A stretch of DNA of 58,201 bases from an uncultured Candidatus Saccharibacteria bacterium (GTDB taxonomy: Bacteria > Patescibacteriota > Minisyncoccia > Phycocordibacterales > DATGWK01), in contig CAZBJL010000005.1 in the NCBI GenBank assembly GCA_964492195.1, forward strand, positions 1 to 58,201, in the 5' to 3' direction. Positions within the stretch are counted from its first letter, which is position 1, and the number at the start of each line of letters is the position of its first letter. A program made the position numbers and the translations under genes. Below the pieces are notes generated by a model. That model was not told the origin of the DNA, made no database searches, and saw only the letters and a program-made list of their open reading frames with translations. Of the stretch, positions 18,314 through 28,162 are shown piece after piece.

Positions 18314-21300
18314 CTACTCTGCTGGAATAAACAACTTCCTCATAGCACAGTACTCGCAATCCAGGTTTTCACACTTCTTGTTCCAAAAAGACAGAGTTAG
18401 AATTTCTTCTGCTGATTTTTTGATAACCTGTGTGAGTTCGGCTATTTCCTTGTCTGTAATTTCAAATTTTTCTTTTTTATAATTACCTCGCTCATTCGGC
18501 TCGACAAAATCTATTTCCCCCGACTTCATGTTGAACGTGGTCTTACCACTTCCATCCAAAAGAATTTTATAGAAAACCAACTGGCGCTTGATGTTGCCTT
18601 CGGATGACGCGGTTTCACCTTCAATCTCTCTACGGCTCTTTGGCTTACCTGTTTTGTAATCCACGACATTTACACTTGAACCATCGAGCAATTCCACCTT
18701 ATCAAGCTGACCACGCAAAATAATATTTTGATTTTCTCCATTTATGTCAACAGGCATACTGACATCAGAAATACTGAACTCGTTAAAAATATTTTTTGAC
18801 CACGTGCCTTTGTAAGTATCATAGTACCCACCAAGTGCCTCACGGCCCCTCTCCAAAAACAATTCGTAATCAGAAGTCGAAAGTGCCTTTCTGTTAAGGA
18901 AACTTTCAAAAAACTCGAGAAGCTCTTTTTTACTTATTTCCTTATCATTTTTATAAGCATCAAAAAAAAGTTTCAGAGAATCGTGAATGGCCGTACCATA
19001 AAGTTGATGTCTTTCTTGGGCATGTGGCACACGTACAAGATTGCTGAAAAAGAATTGCCACGGACAAGTTAGGTAATTGTTTAGCGCACTAACAGAAAAA
19101 CCTTGTTCCAAGAAAAGACTTGCTAAATATTCCTTATTTTTAATATCAAGATCGCCACCAAAAGCATGTCCACCATCTGGTTTTGAAAAACTTTTAGTGT
19201 GTATTTTTGCATCTATTCTGGTCACTAAATTTGGATCAATTTCGTCCAAAAACTGGCTTTGGATGAGCTCTTTGCCCAAACCTCGATATCTGGCATATGT
19301 GAGCATTATGGCCCTTCTGGCGCGCGTTAAAACGACGTAAAGGAGGCGTCTTTCGTCGGCCACAGAGTCTTCAACCCCATTTTCAAGATTAGCCCCAATT
19401 GCCAAAAAATGACTCGGGCTTCGTCGGCCACCCCAATGACCATCGTTTAAGTTCAAACAGTAAACGAAATCGAATTCTAGGCCCTTTGACTTGTGGGCGG
19501 TGAGCAAATTAACCCTGCCAGGATGACTGGAAACACTTCTCGCTTTGATCGAGACACCATGAATAAGCATCTTATCTACAAGGGTAATGTAATCGCTTAA
19601 CCGGGCGTATTTATGCCTCTCCAAAAGCTCGACCATGTGGGAAAGCAAAGAGTCATATGACGCAAGCAATTCGATGGAATTGGGCTTGGACAATATCATG
19701 CCAATGAAACCAATTTTAGACGTAATCTCCTGAAAGGCTTCGATGAGACTTTTGTTTTTTGCCGTAGAGCTTAATTCGTGCAAGATTGTATAAAAATCCA
19801 AAAAAGATTTCGGATCTTCCACGCCAGCCGATTCCAATTCTCTTTTTGATTTAATAACTGTGTAGATATTCTTTCTGGAAGATTTTGCGTAAACCAAAAT
19901 TTTATAAATATCTAAATGATTGAGTTTGAAAAAATCCAAGAAAATTGCCTTGGTTACATATTCATCATTACCAAAATCATTTACAGCCCTGACAACAAAA
20001 AACAATTTTTGGATTTGCTCATCTGAAAAAACATCTCGATCGGTATGTAAAATATATTGAACTCCAGCATTGCCAAAAGCACGCGAGATTTCATCGGCAT
20101 CTTTATTATTTCGAAAAAGCACAGCGATTTGTTCAGGCTTTTCGCCATTGGCAATTTTCTTTTTTACATCTTCAGCCACGAAAGCTGCTTCTTCTTGTGG
20201 GTTGTCTAGCTCGGCAATAAAAATATTGGCAACTTTGTCGCCATCTTTGGCTTCAAGCTTCACCCTTTCAACAGAACCAGAATTATTCTTGGAGATTAAT
20301 TCATGTGATGCATCCAAAATACCTTGGGTTGAACGATAATTCTTTACAAGCGAGACCATGACTGCCGATGGAAAACGTTTTTTAAAATAGAGAAAATTTT
20401 CAAGGGAGGCACCTTGGAAGCGAAAAATGGCCTGCTTTTCATCGCCAACAACAAACAGATTGGGATTTTTTTCATGGAAACCTGACAAAAGTTCTAGGAG
20501 CAGATTTTGTCCACGATTAGCATCCTGATGTTCGTCTGCTAAGACATATTGATAGTTTTCCTGAAGTTCAAGCAAAAGTTCACTATTCTGGCGCAAAGCC
20601 CGAAGAACCTCCATGATCATATCCTCAAAGTCGTACAATCTTTTTTCCTGCAAAGCCTCCTCATACTTAGAATAAATAAGAGCTAGCTCTTTGCTATTTT
20701 CGATCTTGCGAAAAAATGGTTTGTATTTGGATTTCACTTCCCCCTTATGAGCACCCTTTGTGTGTTTCAAATCTTCGGATTCGAGCAAATCGCCCTCAAA
20801 ATTTTTGACTATATTACCGTACTCCTTGGCACCAATATCTTCACGTTTAAGTTCTTTAATGAAATTTAAAATTGGCTTTAGGTAATAAACCGGATTACCA
20901 GATGGTTTAAGCGAAACTAATTTTAGTTCCTCAATCAAACCTTCCAGAATATTTATCTGGTCTAAATCCGTGACATGTTGGGCACCGATAATTCTCGGAA
21001 ATTCCTGAGGAAAATTCTTTATAATTTCGTTACAAAAGCTATGGAAAGTGTAGATCGGAATCCGATAAGCAGCAGTTCCAACAATTTCCTTCAATTTCTT
21101 GCGCATTGAATGAACGCCGGATTCAGTGAATGTCAGAGCTAAAATATTTTCAGGTGAAGTGTCTGTTTTTCGCAGAATATTGGCGATTCTAAGAGTAAGG
21201 ATCGAGGTCTTACCTGTTCCGGGCCCAGCAATAACAATCATTGGTCCATCTACATTATCCACCGCCTGTCTTTGCTCACTATTGAGGTTTTTATAGAGTG

Positions 21301-21334
21301 ACTCGAATTTGGAAGATGACATGTTTTTAGACAT
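18314..21334 (-). CDS. UvrD/PcrA-type helicase fused to a C-terminal PD-(D/E)XK (RecB/Cas4-like) nuclease with Cys cluster
   Basis: Walker A GPGTGKTS and motif II ADEHQD. C-terminal VDYKTGK plus Cys in CPWQFF and C-x4-C-x2-C at the extreme C-terminus. Confidence 0.85.
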   Translation of the reverse strand: MSKNMSSSKFESLYKNLNSEQRQAVDNVDGPMIVIAGPGTGKTSILTLRIANILRKTDTSPENILALTFTESGVHSMRKKLKEIVGTAAYRIPIYTFHSFCNEIIKNFPQEFPRIIGAQHVTDLDQINILEGLIEELKLVSLKPSGNPVYYLKPILNFIKELKREDIGAKEYGNIVKNFEGDLLESEDLKHTKGAHKGEVKSKYKPFFRKIENSKELALIYSKYEEALQEKRLYDFEDMIMEVLRALRQNSELLLELQENYQYVLADEHQDANRGQNLLLELLSGFHEKNPNLFVVGDEKQAIFRFQGASLENFLYFKKRFPSAVMVSLVKNYRSTQGILDASHELISKNNSGSVERVKLEAKDGDKVANIFIAELDNPQEEAAFVAEDVKKKIANGEKPEQIAVLFRNNKDADEISRAFGNAGVQYILHTDRDVFSDEQIQKLFFVVRAVNDFGNDEYVTKAIFLDFFKLNHLDIYKILVYAKSSRKNIYTVIKSKRELESAGVEDPKSFLDFYTILHELSSTAKNKSLIEAFQEITSKIGFIGMILSKPNSIELLASYDSLLSHMVELLERHKYARLSDYITLVDKMLIHGVSIKARSVSSHPGRVNLLTAHKSKGLEFDFVYCLNLNDGHWGGRRSPSHFLAIGANLENGVEDSVADERRLLYVVLTRARRAIMLTYARYRGLGKELIQSQFLDEIDPNLVTRIDAKIHTKSFSKPDGGHAFGGDLDIKNKEYLASLFLEQGFSVSALNNYLTCPWQFFFSNLVRVPHAQERHQLYGTAIHDSLKLFFDAYKNDKEISKKELLEFFESFLNRKALSTSDYELFLERGREALGGYYDTYKGTWSKNIFNEFSISDVSMPVDINGENQNIILRGQLDKVELLDGSSVNVVDYKTGKPKSRREIEGETASSEGNIKRQLVFYKILLDGSGKTTFNMKSGEIDFVEPNERGNYKKEKFEITDKEIAELTQVIKKSAEEILTLSFWNKKCENLDCEYCAMRKLFIPAE

Positions 21335-21426
21335 TTTGCGAAGTATAGCACGATGAAAATGGCCTGGTTTTTGCTTGTTTTACGCCGTGAAGCGAGTTGG
21401 CTTGACTGAAATGTGCCGAGGATGAG

Positions 21427-21451
21427 AAAACCGGCTGCTGGAGCCGGTTTT
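21427..21451 (-). terminator. Intrinsic terminator after rpoD
   Basis: CCGGCT-ccagc-AGCCGG followed by TTTTCTC on the minus strand. Confidence 0.75.
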
Positions 21452-21479
21452 CGCTCATGGTGGGAGGATGGGTGAAAAA

Positions 21480-22703
21480 CTAGTAATAATTCCTCAACCT
21501 CGCAATACTTGGATGCTGACGAATTTTTTCATGTGCTTTTGCTTCAATCTGACGAATGCGTTCGCGAGTGACACCGAATTCTTTTCCTACTTCCTCGAGT
21601 GTGTGCGTAATACCATCAACGAGTCCATGTCTCATTTCCAAAATCTTTCTTTCTTTTTGTGGAAGATCATCAAGAATTTCTCGGATTTGGTCGGCAATAA
21701 TTCTACGTGCTGACTCTTGGTCTGGAGAAAGAATTTTGTCGTCGGCAATAAAATCGCCAAGTGTAGACTTGCCGTCATCGTCGTCACCTACAGGACTTTC
21801 GAGTGAAACAGTATTTTGATCGATCTTTTCAATCTGATAAATTTTTTCAGGATCAAGGTCCATTTCTGTTGCCACTTCTTCGGGCAATGGATCACGACCG
21901 AGGTCTTGAGAAAGTCGTCGAACGACTTGTTTATACTTCGCAATTGTTTCGACCATGTGTACTGGCACACGGATTGTGCGGCTTTGGTCGGCCAACGCAC
22001 GTGTAATAGCCTGTCTGATCCACCACGTAGCATACGTAGAAAATTTATACCCCTTCGTCCAGTCAAACTTATCGACAGCCTTAAAGAGTCCCAAATTACC
22101 CTCCTGAATAAGATCAAGAAGTGTTAAGTCAGGACTGCGACCAACATATTTTTTAGCAATAGAAACAACGAGACGGAGATTCGAACGTGCGAGCAAATTT
22201 TTGGCTTCAGGATCGTTTGCCTCAATAAGTTTCGCGAGTTCTTTTTCTTTTGCACCGTTAATGAGCGGATACTGGCCGATTTCCTTAAGGTACATTTGGA
22301 TCGAATCGTATCCAGAACTGCTTTCATGACCAGTGTATTTTTTGAGCGTGTCATCAACGGCGATATCGAGCAAACCTCCGCCTTCGAGCACGTCGATGGT
22401 TGCTTCGCTCAAGCGCGTATAGAGAGTGTCGAGGAATGTGATGTCATCTTCAACCGTTGGAAATTCTTTCAAAATTTCATCGTGCGTCACAAAGCCGCGT
22501 TCTTTTCCTTTATGAATAAGGCGTTTGACTGCGTCCTCAAGCTTTTTTGCTTTAATGCTTAGCTTTGGAGCGGCAGCTTTTACAGTCTTTTTTGTTTCAG
22601 CTTTTTTGGCTGGTTTTGAAACTGTTTTCCTGGCAAGGGGTTTTTTGGAGGCTTTGGCCACCTTTTTTGCCTTTTTTGTTTTTGTTTTTTTTGCGGCTGC
22701 CAT
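21480..22703 (-). CDS. rpoD: RNA polymerase sigma factor RpoD (sigma-70)
   Basis: Region 2.4 [13 protein letters not shown], region 3, and region 4.2 [23 protein letters not shown]. The N-terminus is Lys/Ala-rich. Confidence 0.95.
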   Translation of the reverse strand: MAAAKKTKTKKAKKVAKASKKPLARKTVSKPAKKAETKKTVKAAAPKLSIKAKKLEDAVKRLIHKGKERGFVTHDEILKEFPTVEDDITFLDTLYTRLSEATIDVLEGGGLLDIAVDDTLKKYTGHESSSGYDSIQMYLKEIGQYPLINGAKEKELAKLIEANDPEAKNLLARSNLRLVVSIAKKYVGRSPDLTLLDLIQEGNLGLFKAVDKFDWTKGYKFSTYATWWIRQAITRALADQSRTIRVPVHMVETIAKYKQVVRRLSQDLGRDPLPEEVATEMDLDPEKIYQIEKIDQNTVSLESPVGDDDDGKSTLGDFIADDKILSPDQESARRIIADQIREILDDLPQKERKILEMRHGLVDGITHTLEEVGKEFGVTRERIRQIEAKAHEKIRQHPSIARLRNYY

Positions 22704-22704
22704 T

Positions 22705-24432
22705 TTATATTAGTTTTTTCTTTAACGCGCTTAATTTATTCGTGACCTCGACGTATTCTGTTAAAAGTTTTTTTGCCTTTTCACTATCTTTGCCTAATTC
22801 TGCTTTGTGGAGTTCGGCCATTTTTTTGACCAATTCTTCCTTTAGCATTTCTTCCTTGATGTTTATAAAAAGTTCTTCAATGTCCTCATCAAACTTACTA
22901 CTTTGTTCGTAATATTGTTCGGCTTCAAAAATAAGTTTCTCTTTTTCGATGCCGACATCTCTTTCGAGAGCTTTTTCGACATCTTCGCCGACGATTTCTG
23001 CAAAGCGTTTGCGGATCGCCGCCGAAACTTCCGCTCGATCCTTCTTCCCTTCCTGCCAACAAATAACTCCGATGATTCGTCGCTCGATCGCCTGCCTTCT
23101 CGACGCAAGCGCATTCATTCCCGCTCGGGCTGGCACGCTTGCAACGCCTGTTTTTCTCGCCGTTGCAAGACTTTTCAAATCATCCCAGAGCGCCTCTTCT
23201 TTGAGGTCCGCCTTCTCGGCAATTGTTTTAATAAAATGAGCTTGCTCTGTTTTACTATCAACGTCGAGAACTGAAGGCAACACCGCGGATTTTATTTCTC
23301 GAGACAATACTCGTGCATCAAGTTTTCTTGCAAGAATATTGTCGAGATAAAAATCTATAATATGTTTACCTTCTTTGAGCGCGTGTTTCCAATGGTTGGG
23401 ATTCTTGGCGACGAGTGATGCGGGGTCGTCGCCAGGCGGCAAGACCGCAACCTTCACTTCCATACCAATGACGAGCGCTAATTCTGCACTTCGTTTTGTA
23501 GCATTGAAGCCAGCACTGTCAGAGTCAAACGCAAACATAATCCGCGGCGACAATCTCTGAAGGCGGCGCAAATGAAGCTCTGAAAGCGCAGTACCAGACG
23601 ACGCCACTGTGTTTGTAAGTCCCGCCTGGTGAGACATGATCAAGTCCATCTGGCCTTCGACCAAAATTGCATAATTAAGCTTGCGGATGGCAGTTTTGGC
23701 TCGATCAAAGCCGTACAACACCTCTGATTTATTAAACAGTGTCGTTGCCGGACTGTTTAAATATTTTGGAGATTTTCCATCATCCACAAAGATTCGGCCA
23801 GAGAAAGCGACAGGTCTCCCCGTGTGGTCAAAAATCGGAAACATAATTCGGCCACGGAACACATCGTAAAATTTGTGCTCACCTGCGCCGGATTCATTTC
23901 TTTTAATGAGACCAGTCGCCAACATGTCGGCTTCTGTAACTTTTTTACTCTTGAGATGGTCGGACAAAACCCGCCATTCATTTTGAGCAAAACCGATACG
24001 CCATTTTGCAATTGTCTCTGGCGTCAAACCTCGTTTTGCAAGATACTCCAAAACTGGTTTATTTTTTTTCAACTCTTGTTCAAAGAACTCCGTTGCAAGC
24101 TCTACAGCTTGAAACAATTTTTCTCTTTCATCTCGTTCCCCTACTTTCTCTGGAACAAGTTCAACGCCAGCTTTTGCCGCAAGGTTTACGAGAGCTTGTT
24201 TGAATTCCAAACCTTCGAACTGTTCGACGAACGTGAACATGTCACCTTTTGCACCACAACCGAAGCAATAATATGTACCTCGATCAGGGGAAATAAAAAA
24301 CGATGGTGTCTTCTCGTTATGGAAAGGACATTTGCCTTTGTAGCTTGCGCCAGCTTTTTCCAATTTTACGTACGAAGACACGACGTCAGCAATCGAGAGT
24401 CTTTCTTTGATTTTTTCAACTGAAGACGCCAT
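22705..24432 (-). CDS. dnaG: DNA primase
   Basis: Zinc ribbon [11 protein letters not shown]...CFGCG. TOPRIM motifs EGQMD and DSDSAG. Confidence 0.95.
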   Translation of the reverse strand: MASSVEKIKERLSIADVVSSYVKLEKAGASYKGKCPFHNEKTPSFFISPDRGTYYCFGCGAKGDMFTFVEQFEGLEFKQALVNLAAKAGVELVPEKVGERDEREKLFQAVELATEFFEQELKKNKPVLEYLAKRGLTPETIAKWRIGFAQNEWRVLSDHLKSKKVTEADMLATGLIKRNESGAGEHKFYDVFRGRIMFPIFDHTGRPVAFSGRIFVDDGKSPKYLNSPATTLFNKSEVLYGFDRAKTAIRKLNYAILVEGQMDLIMSHQAGLTNTVASSGTALSELHLRRLQRLSPRIMFAFDSDSAGFNATKRSAELALVIGMEVKVAVLPPGDDPASLVAKNPNHWKHALKEGKHIIDFYLDNILARKLDARVLSREIKSAVLPSVLDVDSKTEQAHFIKTIAEKADLKEEALWDDLKSLATARKTGVASVPARAGMNALASRRQAIERRIIGVICWQEGKKDRAEVSAAIRKRFAEIVGEDVEKALERDVGIEKEKLIFEAEQYYEQSSKFDEDIEELFINIKEEMLKEELVKKMAELHKAELGKDSEKAKKLLTEYVEVTNKLSALKKKLI

Positions 24433-24482
24433 TTTTTATTTCTCAAAAACCACGTCACACCTTACCACTGCACGCGAAGCAA

Positions 24483-27400
24483 TTAATGTCTTGCGTCGCT
24501 TGCTTTCTTCTTCGCTTCCGCAACCATTGCCTCCTTTACACTGCCTGGAAAACCAGTTCCTGCGGGGATCAAATTTCCGATAATAACGTTTTCCTTGAGA
24601 CCAACCAAAAGGTCTTGGTGACTCTTGAGGGCACCGTTGATAAGCACACGAGTCGTGTGTTGGAACGAAGCAGATGACAAGAAGCTTCGGCGAGAAAGAG
24701 AGACTTCGGTGATACCCATAATGAGTGCATCAACTTTTGCTTCCTTAACTCCTTTTGCACGTGCTTTTTTGTTTTCTTCGAGCAACTCGGTGAGTTCCAC
24801 AACGTCACCAATTGAAAACGGAGTATCGCCTTGGTCTTTTACTTTTCGACGATTGAACATTTGGCGAACCATAACTTCGATGTGCTTTCGGGCAACGTTT
24901 TCTCCCTGAAGTTCATAGAGTTTGCTAATTTCTTTAATGATGTAGTGCTCAGTTTTTTCCTTACCAGCGTACACGAAGAGTTCGTCGAGATCAGCAGAAC
25001 CGTCGGTAAGGATGTCACCTTTTTTGACCGCGCTTCCTACCTTCACGAGAATCATACGGCTGTGTGATACTGGGTATTCAACTGCTTCTTTTGTTTTTGC
25101 TTTAGATTTTTCAGCAAATTCTGGCATGATGGCGATTAATTTTTCGCCAGGATTATTTCGAACTTCAACAACAACTCCGTCAACAAAGCTCACAACCGCA
25201 GGACTCTTTGGTTTGCGCTTTTCGAAGACTTCTTCAACGCGAGGCAAACCTTGTGTGATGTCTCCACCAACAGACGCAGTACCTCCGGCGTGGAAGGTTC
25301 TCATCGTAAGCTGTGTTCCTGGTTCACCGATCGCTTGTGCGGCGACAGTTCCTACGGCTTCACCAAGCGCGATTGGACGGCTGTTTCCAAGATCAGAACC
25401 GTAACACTTCACGCAGATTCCTTGAATTGTTTTACATGCGAGAGGGGTTCGAACCAAAATTTCAGAAATGCTTGTCTTGTCGATTTCGGCAGCAAGTTCT
25501 TTTGTTACAAAGTCGCCTTTTTTCGCAATTGTTTTGCCGTTTGAAATCACATCTTCCGCCAAATATCGGCCTTTAATGTTTCTTGAAAGCGGCATTTCAA
25601 TACCTGACGCACCTTCTTTCAAAATCTTAATACCTTCTTTTGAACCACAATCTTCTTCAGTAATGATGACGTCTTGTGCAACGTCGAAGAGTCGGCGTGT
25701 GAGGTATCCAGCTTTTGCAGTGTTGAGCGCGGTGTCGGTCAAACCTTTTCGAGATCCGTGAGTAGTAATGAAGTACTCGATCGGAGTCAAACCTTCTTTT
25801 GCAGATGACAAAATTGGGAATTCATTTGTTTCTCCGGCTGTGTTCTGGATGAGACCTTTCATGCCTCCCATCTGGGTAATCTGAGAGACGGAACCTCGGG
25901 CACCAGAGTTCACCATGTCGTAGAGAGATCCTTTTGGATCAAGTGTTCCAGGAATGAGTTTTTCGATTTCATTCTTTGCTCCGTGCCAGATTTCAATTCC
26001 CTTTCGGAATCGCTCCTCTTCGGAAATCAAACCTTCATTGTATTGAGAAACGATTTCATCAACCTTTGCTTTTGCGCGGCCGATAACTTCTGGCTTCTGT
26101 TTTGGAATAACGACTTCGTCGAGACCCCAAGTAACTCCAGAACGAGTTGTGTAGTGAAAACCGAAATCCTTGATCTTATCCATGATTGCTGGAATAGATT
26201 CCAAACCATAGAGCGTAATCATATTGTCGAGAATACCGGTCATCTTCTTTTTATCGACTTCGATGTTCTGGTACGGATAATCAGCAGGAAGAATGTCGTT
26301 AAAGAGCAATCGGCCTGGAGTTGTTTCGAAAATTGTTCCAGCCATTTCTGCAAACTTTGGGTTTCCTGTTGGAGCCAAAACTTTGACCTTTGCGCGATAG
26401 TCAACGTTGCCGAATGAATGCGCGATAGCCGCGCTTTGTGGATCTTCGAAAATCATTCCTTCTCCCTTTGCTCCAGTGATGTTCTTTGTCATCCAGTAAC
26501 AACCGAGGATGATGTCGAGCATCTTGTTTGTGAGTACGGGTTCACCGCTTCCAGGCTTCAAAATGTTTTTGTCAGAAGCCATGATGCTTTTTGCTTCTGC
26601 TTGGGCTTCGTCAGAAAGTGGTACGTGAACGGCCATCTGGTCACCGTCGAAGTCGGCGTTGAATGCAGTACAGACGAGAGGGTGAACTTGGATCGCATTT
26701 CCTTCGATGAGAATTGGCTTGAAAGCCTGAATACCCAAACGATGCAATGTCGGTGCGCGATTCAAAAGCACGTATTTGTTCTTGATAACTTCTTCGAGAA
26801 TTGCCCACACTTCGGGAATACCGTCTTCAATGAGACGTGTTGCACCACGAATGTTGTATGCCAATTCTTTCTTCAAAAGACCGGAAATAACGAATGGCTT
26901 GAAAAGTTCAATAGCCATGTGTTTTGGCAAACCACATTGGTCGAGTTTGAGGTCAGGACCGACGACGATAACTGAACGACCAGAATAGTCGACTCGTTTA
27001 CCGAGAAGATTTTGTCTGAAAAGACCTCGTTTACCTTTGAGGTTGTCGGAAAGAGATTTGAGCGGACGTCGCTGTGACTGATTCAATGCACCTGCAGAAG
27101 AACTGCCGTGGCGAATTGTGTTGTCGATCAACGCATCAACTGCTTCCTGAAGAATTCTTTTTTCGTTTCGGAGAATAACTTCTGGCGCGCTAATTTCTTT
27201 GAGTTTCTTGAGACGATTATTTCTGTTGATGACTCGACGGTACAAATCGTTCACGTCAGATGTCGCATAGCGACCTCCATCAAGAGGAACCATTGGGCGA
27301 AGTGCTGGTGGAATTACAGGGATGCGTGTCAAAAACATCCATTCAGGGCGAATGTTGTTTTTGATGAGGTTTCGAAGAAGTGAAAGTCGTTTCTGAATTT

Positions 27401-28151
27401 TATCAACTTCAACGCCTGGAGCATTTTCAAGAATTTCTTCGAGAGTCTTTTCGAGCTTTTTGAGATCGATTTTCTTGAAAAGGTTGAAAATTGCTTCTGC
27501 ACCAATGCCGGCTTCGAAAATCGAGCCGTACTTAACAGAGAAGTTGTGGTATTCGATTTCATCGAGCACGCGACCAATATCGAGACTTTCGATTTCTTTC
27601 TTTGTATTTGAGAAAAGTTCTTTTATTGCTTCTTTTGTTTTCTCGTCAGTTGCGCCTTTGAATTTTGCTTTGAATTCGCTATCGAGGTCTTTGAGTGCTC
27701 GTGTTCGTTCGTCTTCAGAAACACCAGTCACAATGTAACCTGCAAAGTAGATAACCTTTTCGATATCGATCGTAGGAATTCCCATAATGAGACCGATTCG
27801 TGAAGGCAAACCACGAAGGAACCAGATGTGCGAAACAGGAGTTGCGAGTTCAATGTGACCCATTCGTTCACGTCGAACAATAGAGCGAGTTATTTCGACT
27901 CCACATTTTTCACAGACGATTCCTTTGTAACGAATACCGCGATACTTTCCGCAGTAACATTCATAATCCTTGTCTGGACCGAATATTTTTTCATCGAAAA
28001 GACCATTGCGTTCGCTTCGCTGTGTTCGGTAATTGATTGTTTCAGGTTTTGTAACTTCGCCGAATGACCATTCTTTAATTCGCTCCGGTGAAGCGAGCTT
28101 GAGAACAATCGAATTGAAATCTTGAGTTGTTGTTGCTTTATTTTTATTCAT
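24483..28151 (-). CDS. rpoC: DNA-directed RNA polymerase subunit beta'
   Basis: NADFDGDQM catalytic motif and zinc-binding CYCGKY...CEKCGV. Confidence 0.98.
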   Translation of the reverse strand: MNKNKATTTQDFNSIVLKLASPERIKEWSFGEVTKPETINYRTQRSERNGLFDEKIFGPDKDYECYCGKYRGIRYKGIVCEKCGVEITRSIVRRERMGHIELATPVSHIWFLRGLPSRIGLIMGIPTIDIEKVIYFAGYIVTGVSEDERTRALKDLDSEFKAKFKGATDEKTKEAIKELFSNTKKEIESLDIGRVLDEIEYHNFSVKYGSIFEAGIGAEAIFNLFKKIDLKKLEKTLEEILENAPGVEVDKIQKRLSLLRNLIKNNIRPEWMFLTRIPVIPPALRPMVPLDGGRYATSDVNDLYRRVINRNNRLKKLKEISAPEVILRNEKRILQEAVDALIDNTIRHGSSSAGALNQSQRRPLKSLSDNLKGKRGLFRQNLLGKRVDYSGRSVIVVGPDLKLDQCGLPKHMAIELFKPFVISGLLKKELAYNIRGATRLIEDGIPEVWAILEEVIKNKYVLLNRAPTLHRLGIQAFKPILIEGNAIQVHPLVCTAFNADFDGDQMAVHVPLSDEAQAEAKSIMASDKNILKPGSGEPVLTNKMLDIILGCYWMTKNITGAKGEGMIFEDPQSAAIAHSFGNVDYRAKVKVLAPTGNPKFAEMAGTIFETTPGRLLFNDILPADYPYQNIEVDKKKMTGILDNMITLYGLESIPAIMDKIKDFGFHYTTRSGVTWGLDEVVIPKQKPEVIGRAKAKVDEIVSQYNEGLISEEERFRKGIEIWHGAKNEIEKLIPGTLDPKGSLYDMVNSGARGSVSQITQMGGMKGLIQNTAGETNEFPILSSAKEGLTPIEYFITTHGSRKGLTDTALNTAKAGYLTRRLFDVAQDVIITEEDCGSKEGIKILKEGASGIEMPLSRNIKGRYLAEDVISNGKTIAKKGDFVTKELAAEIDKTSISEILVRTPLACKTIQGICVKCYGSDLGNSRPIALGEAVGTVAAQAIGEPGTQLTMRTFHAGGTASVGGDITQGLPRVEEVFEKRKPKSPAVVSFVDGVVVEVRNNPGEKLIAIMPEFAEKSKAKTKEAVEYPVSHSRMILVKVGSAVKKGDILTDGSADLDELFVYAGKEKTEHYIIKEISKLYELQGENVARKHIEVMVRQMFNRRKVKDQGDTPFSIGDVVELTELLEENKKARAKGVKEAKVDALIMGITEVSLSRRSFLSSASFQHTTRVLINGALKSHQDLLVGLKENVIIGNLIPAGTGFPGSVKEAMVAEAKKKASDARH

Positions 28152-28162
28152 GATTTTTATGA

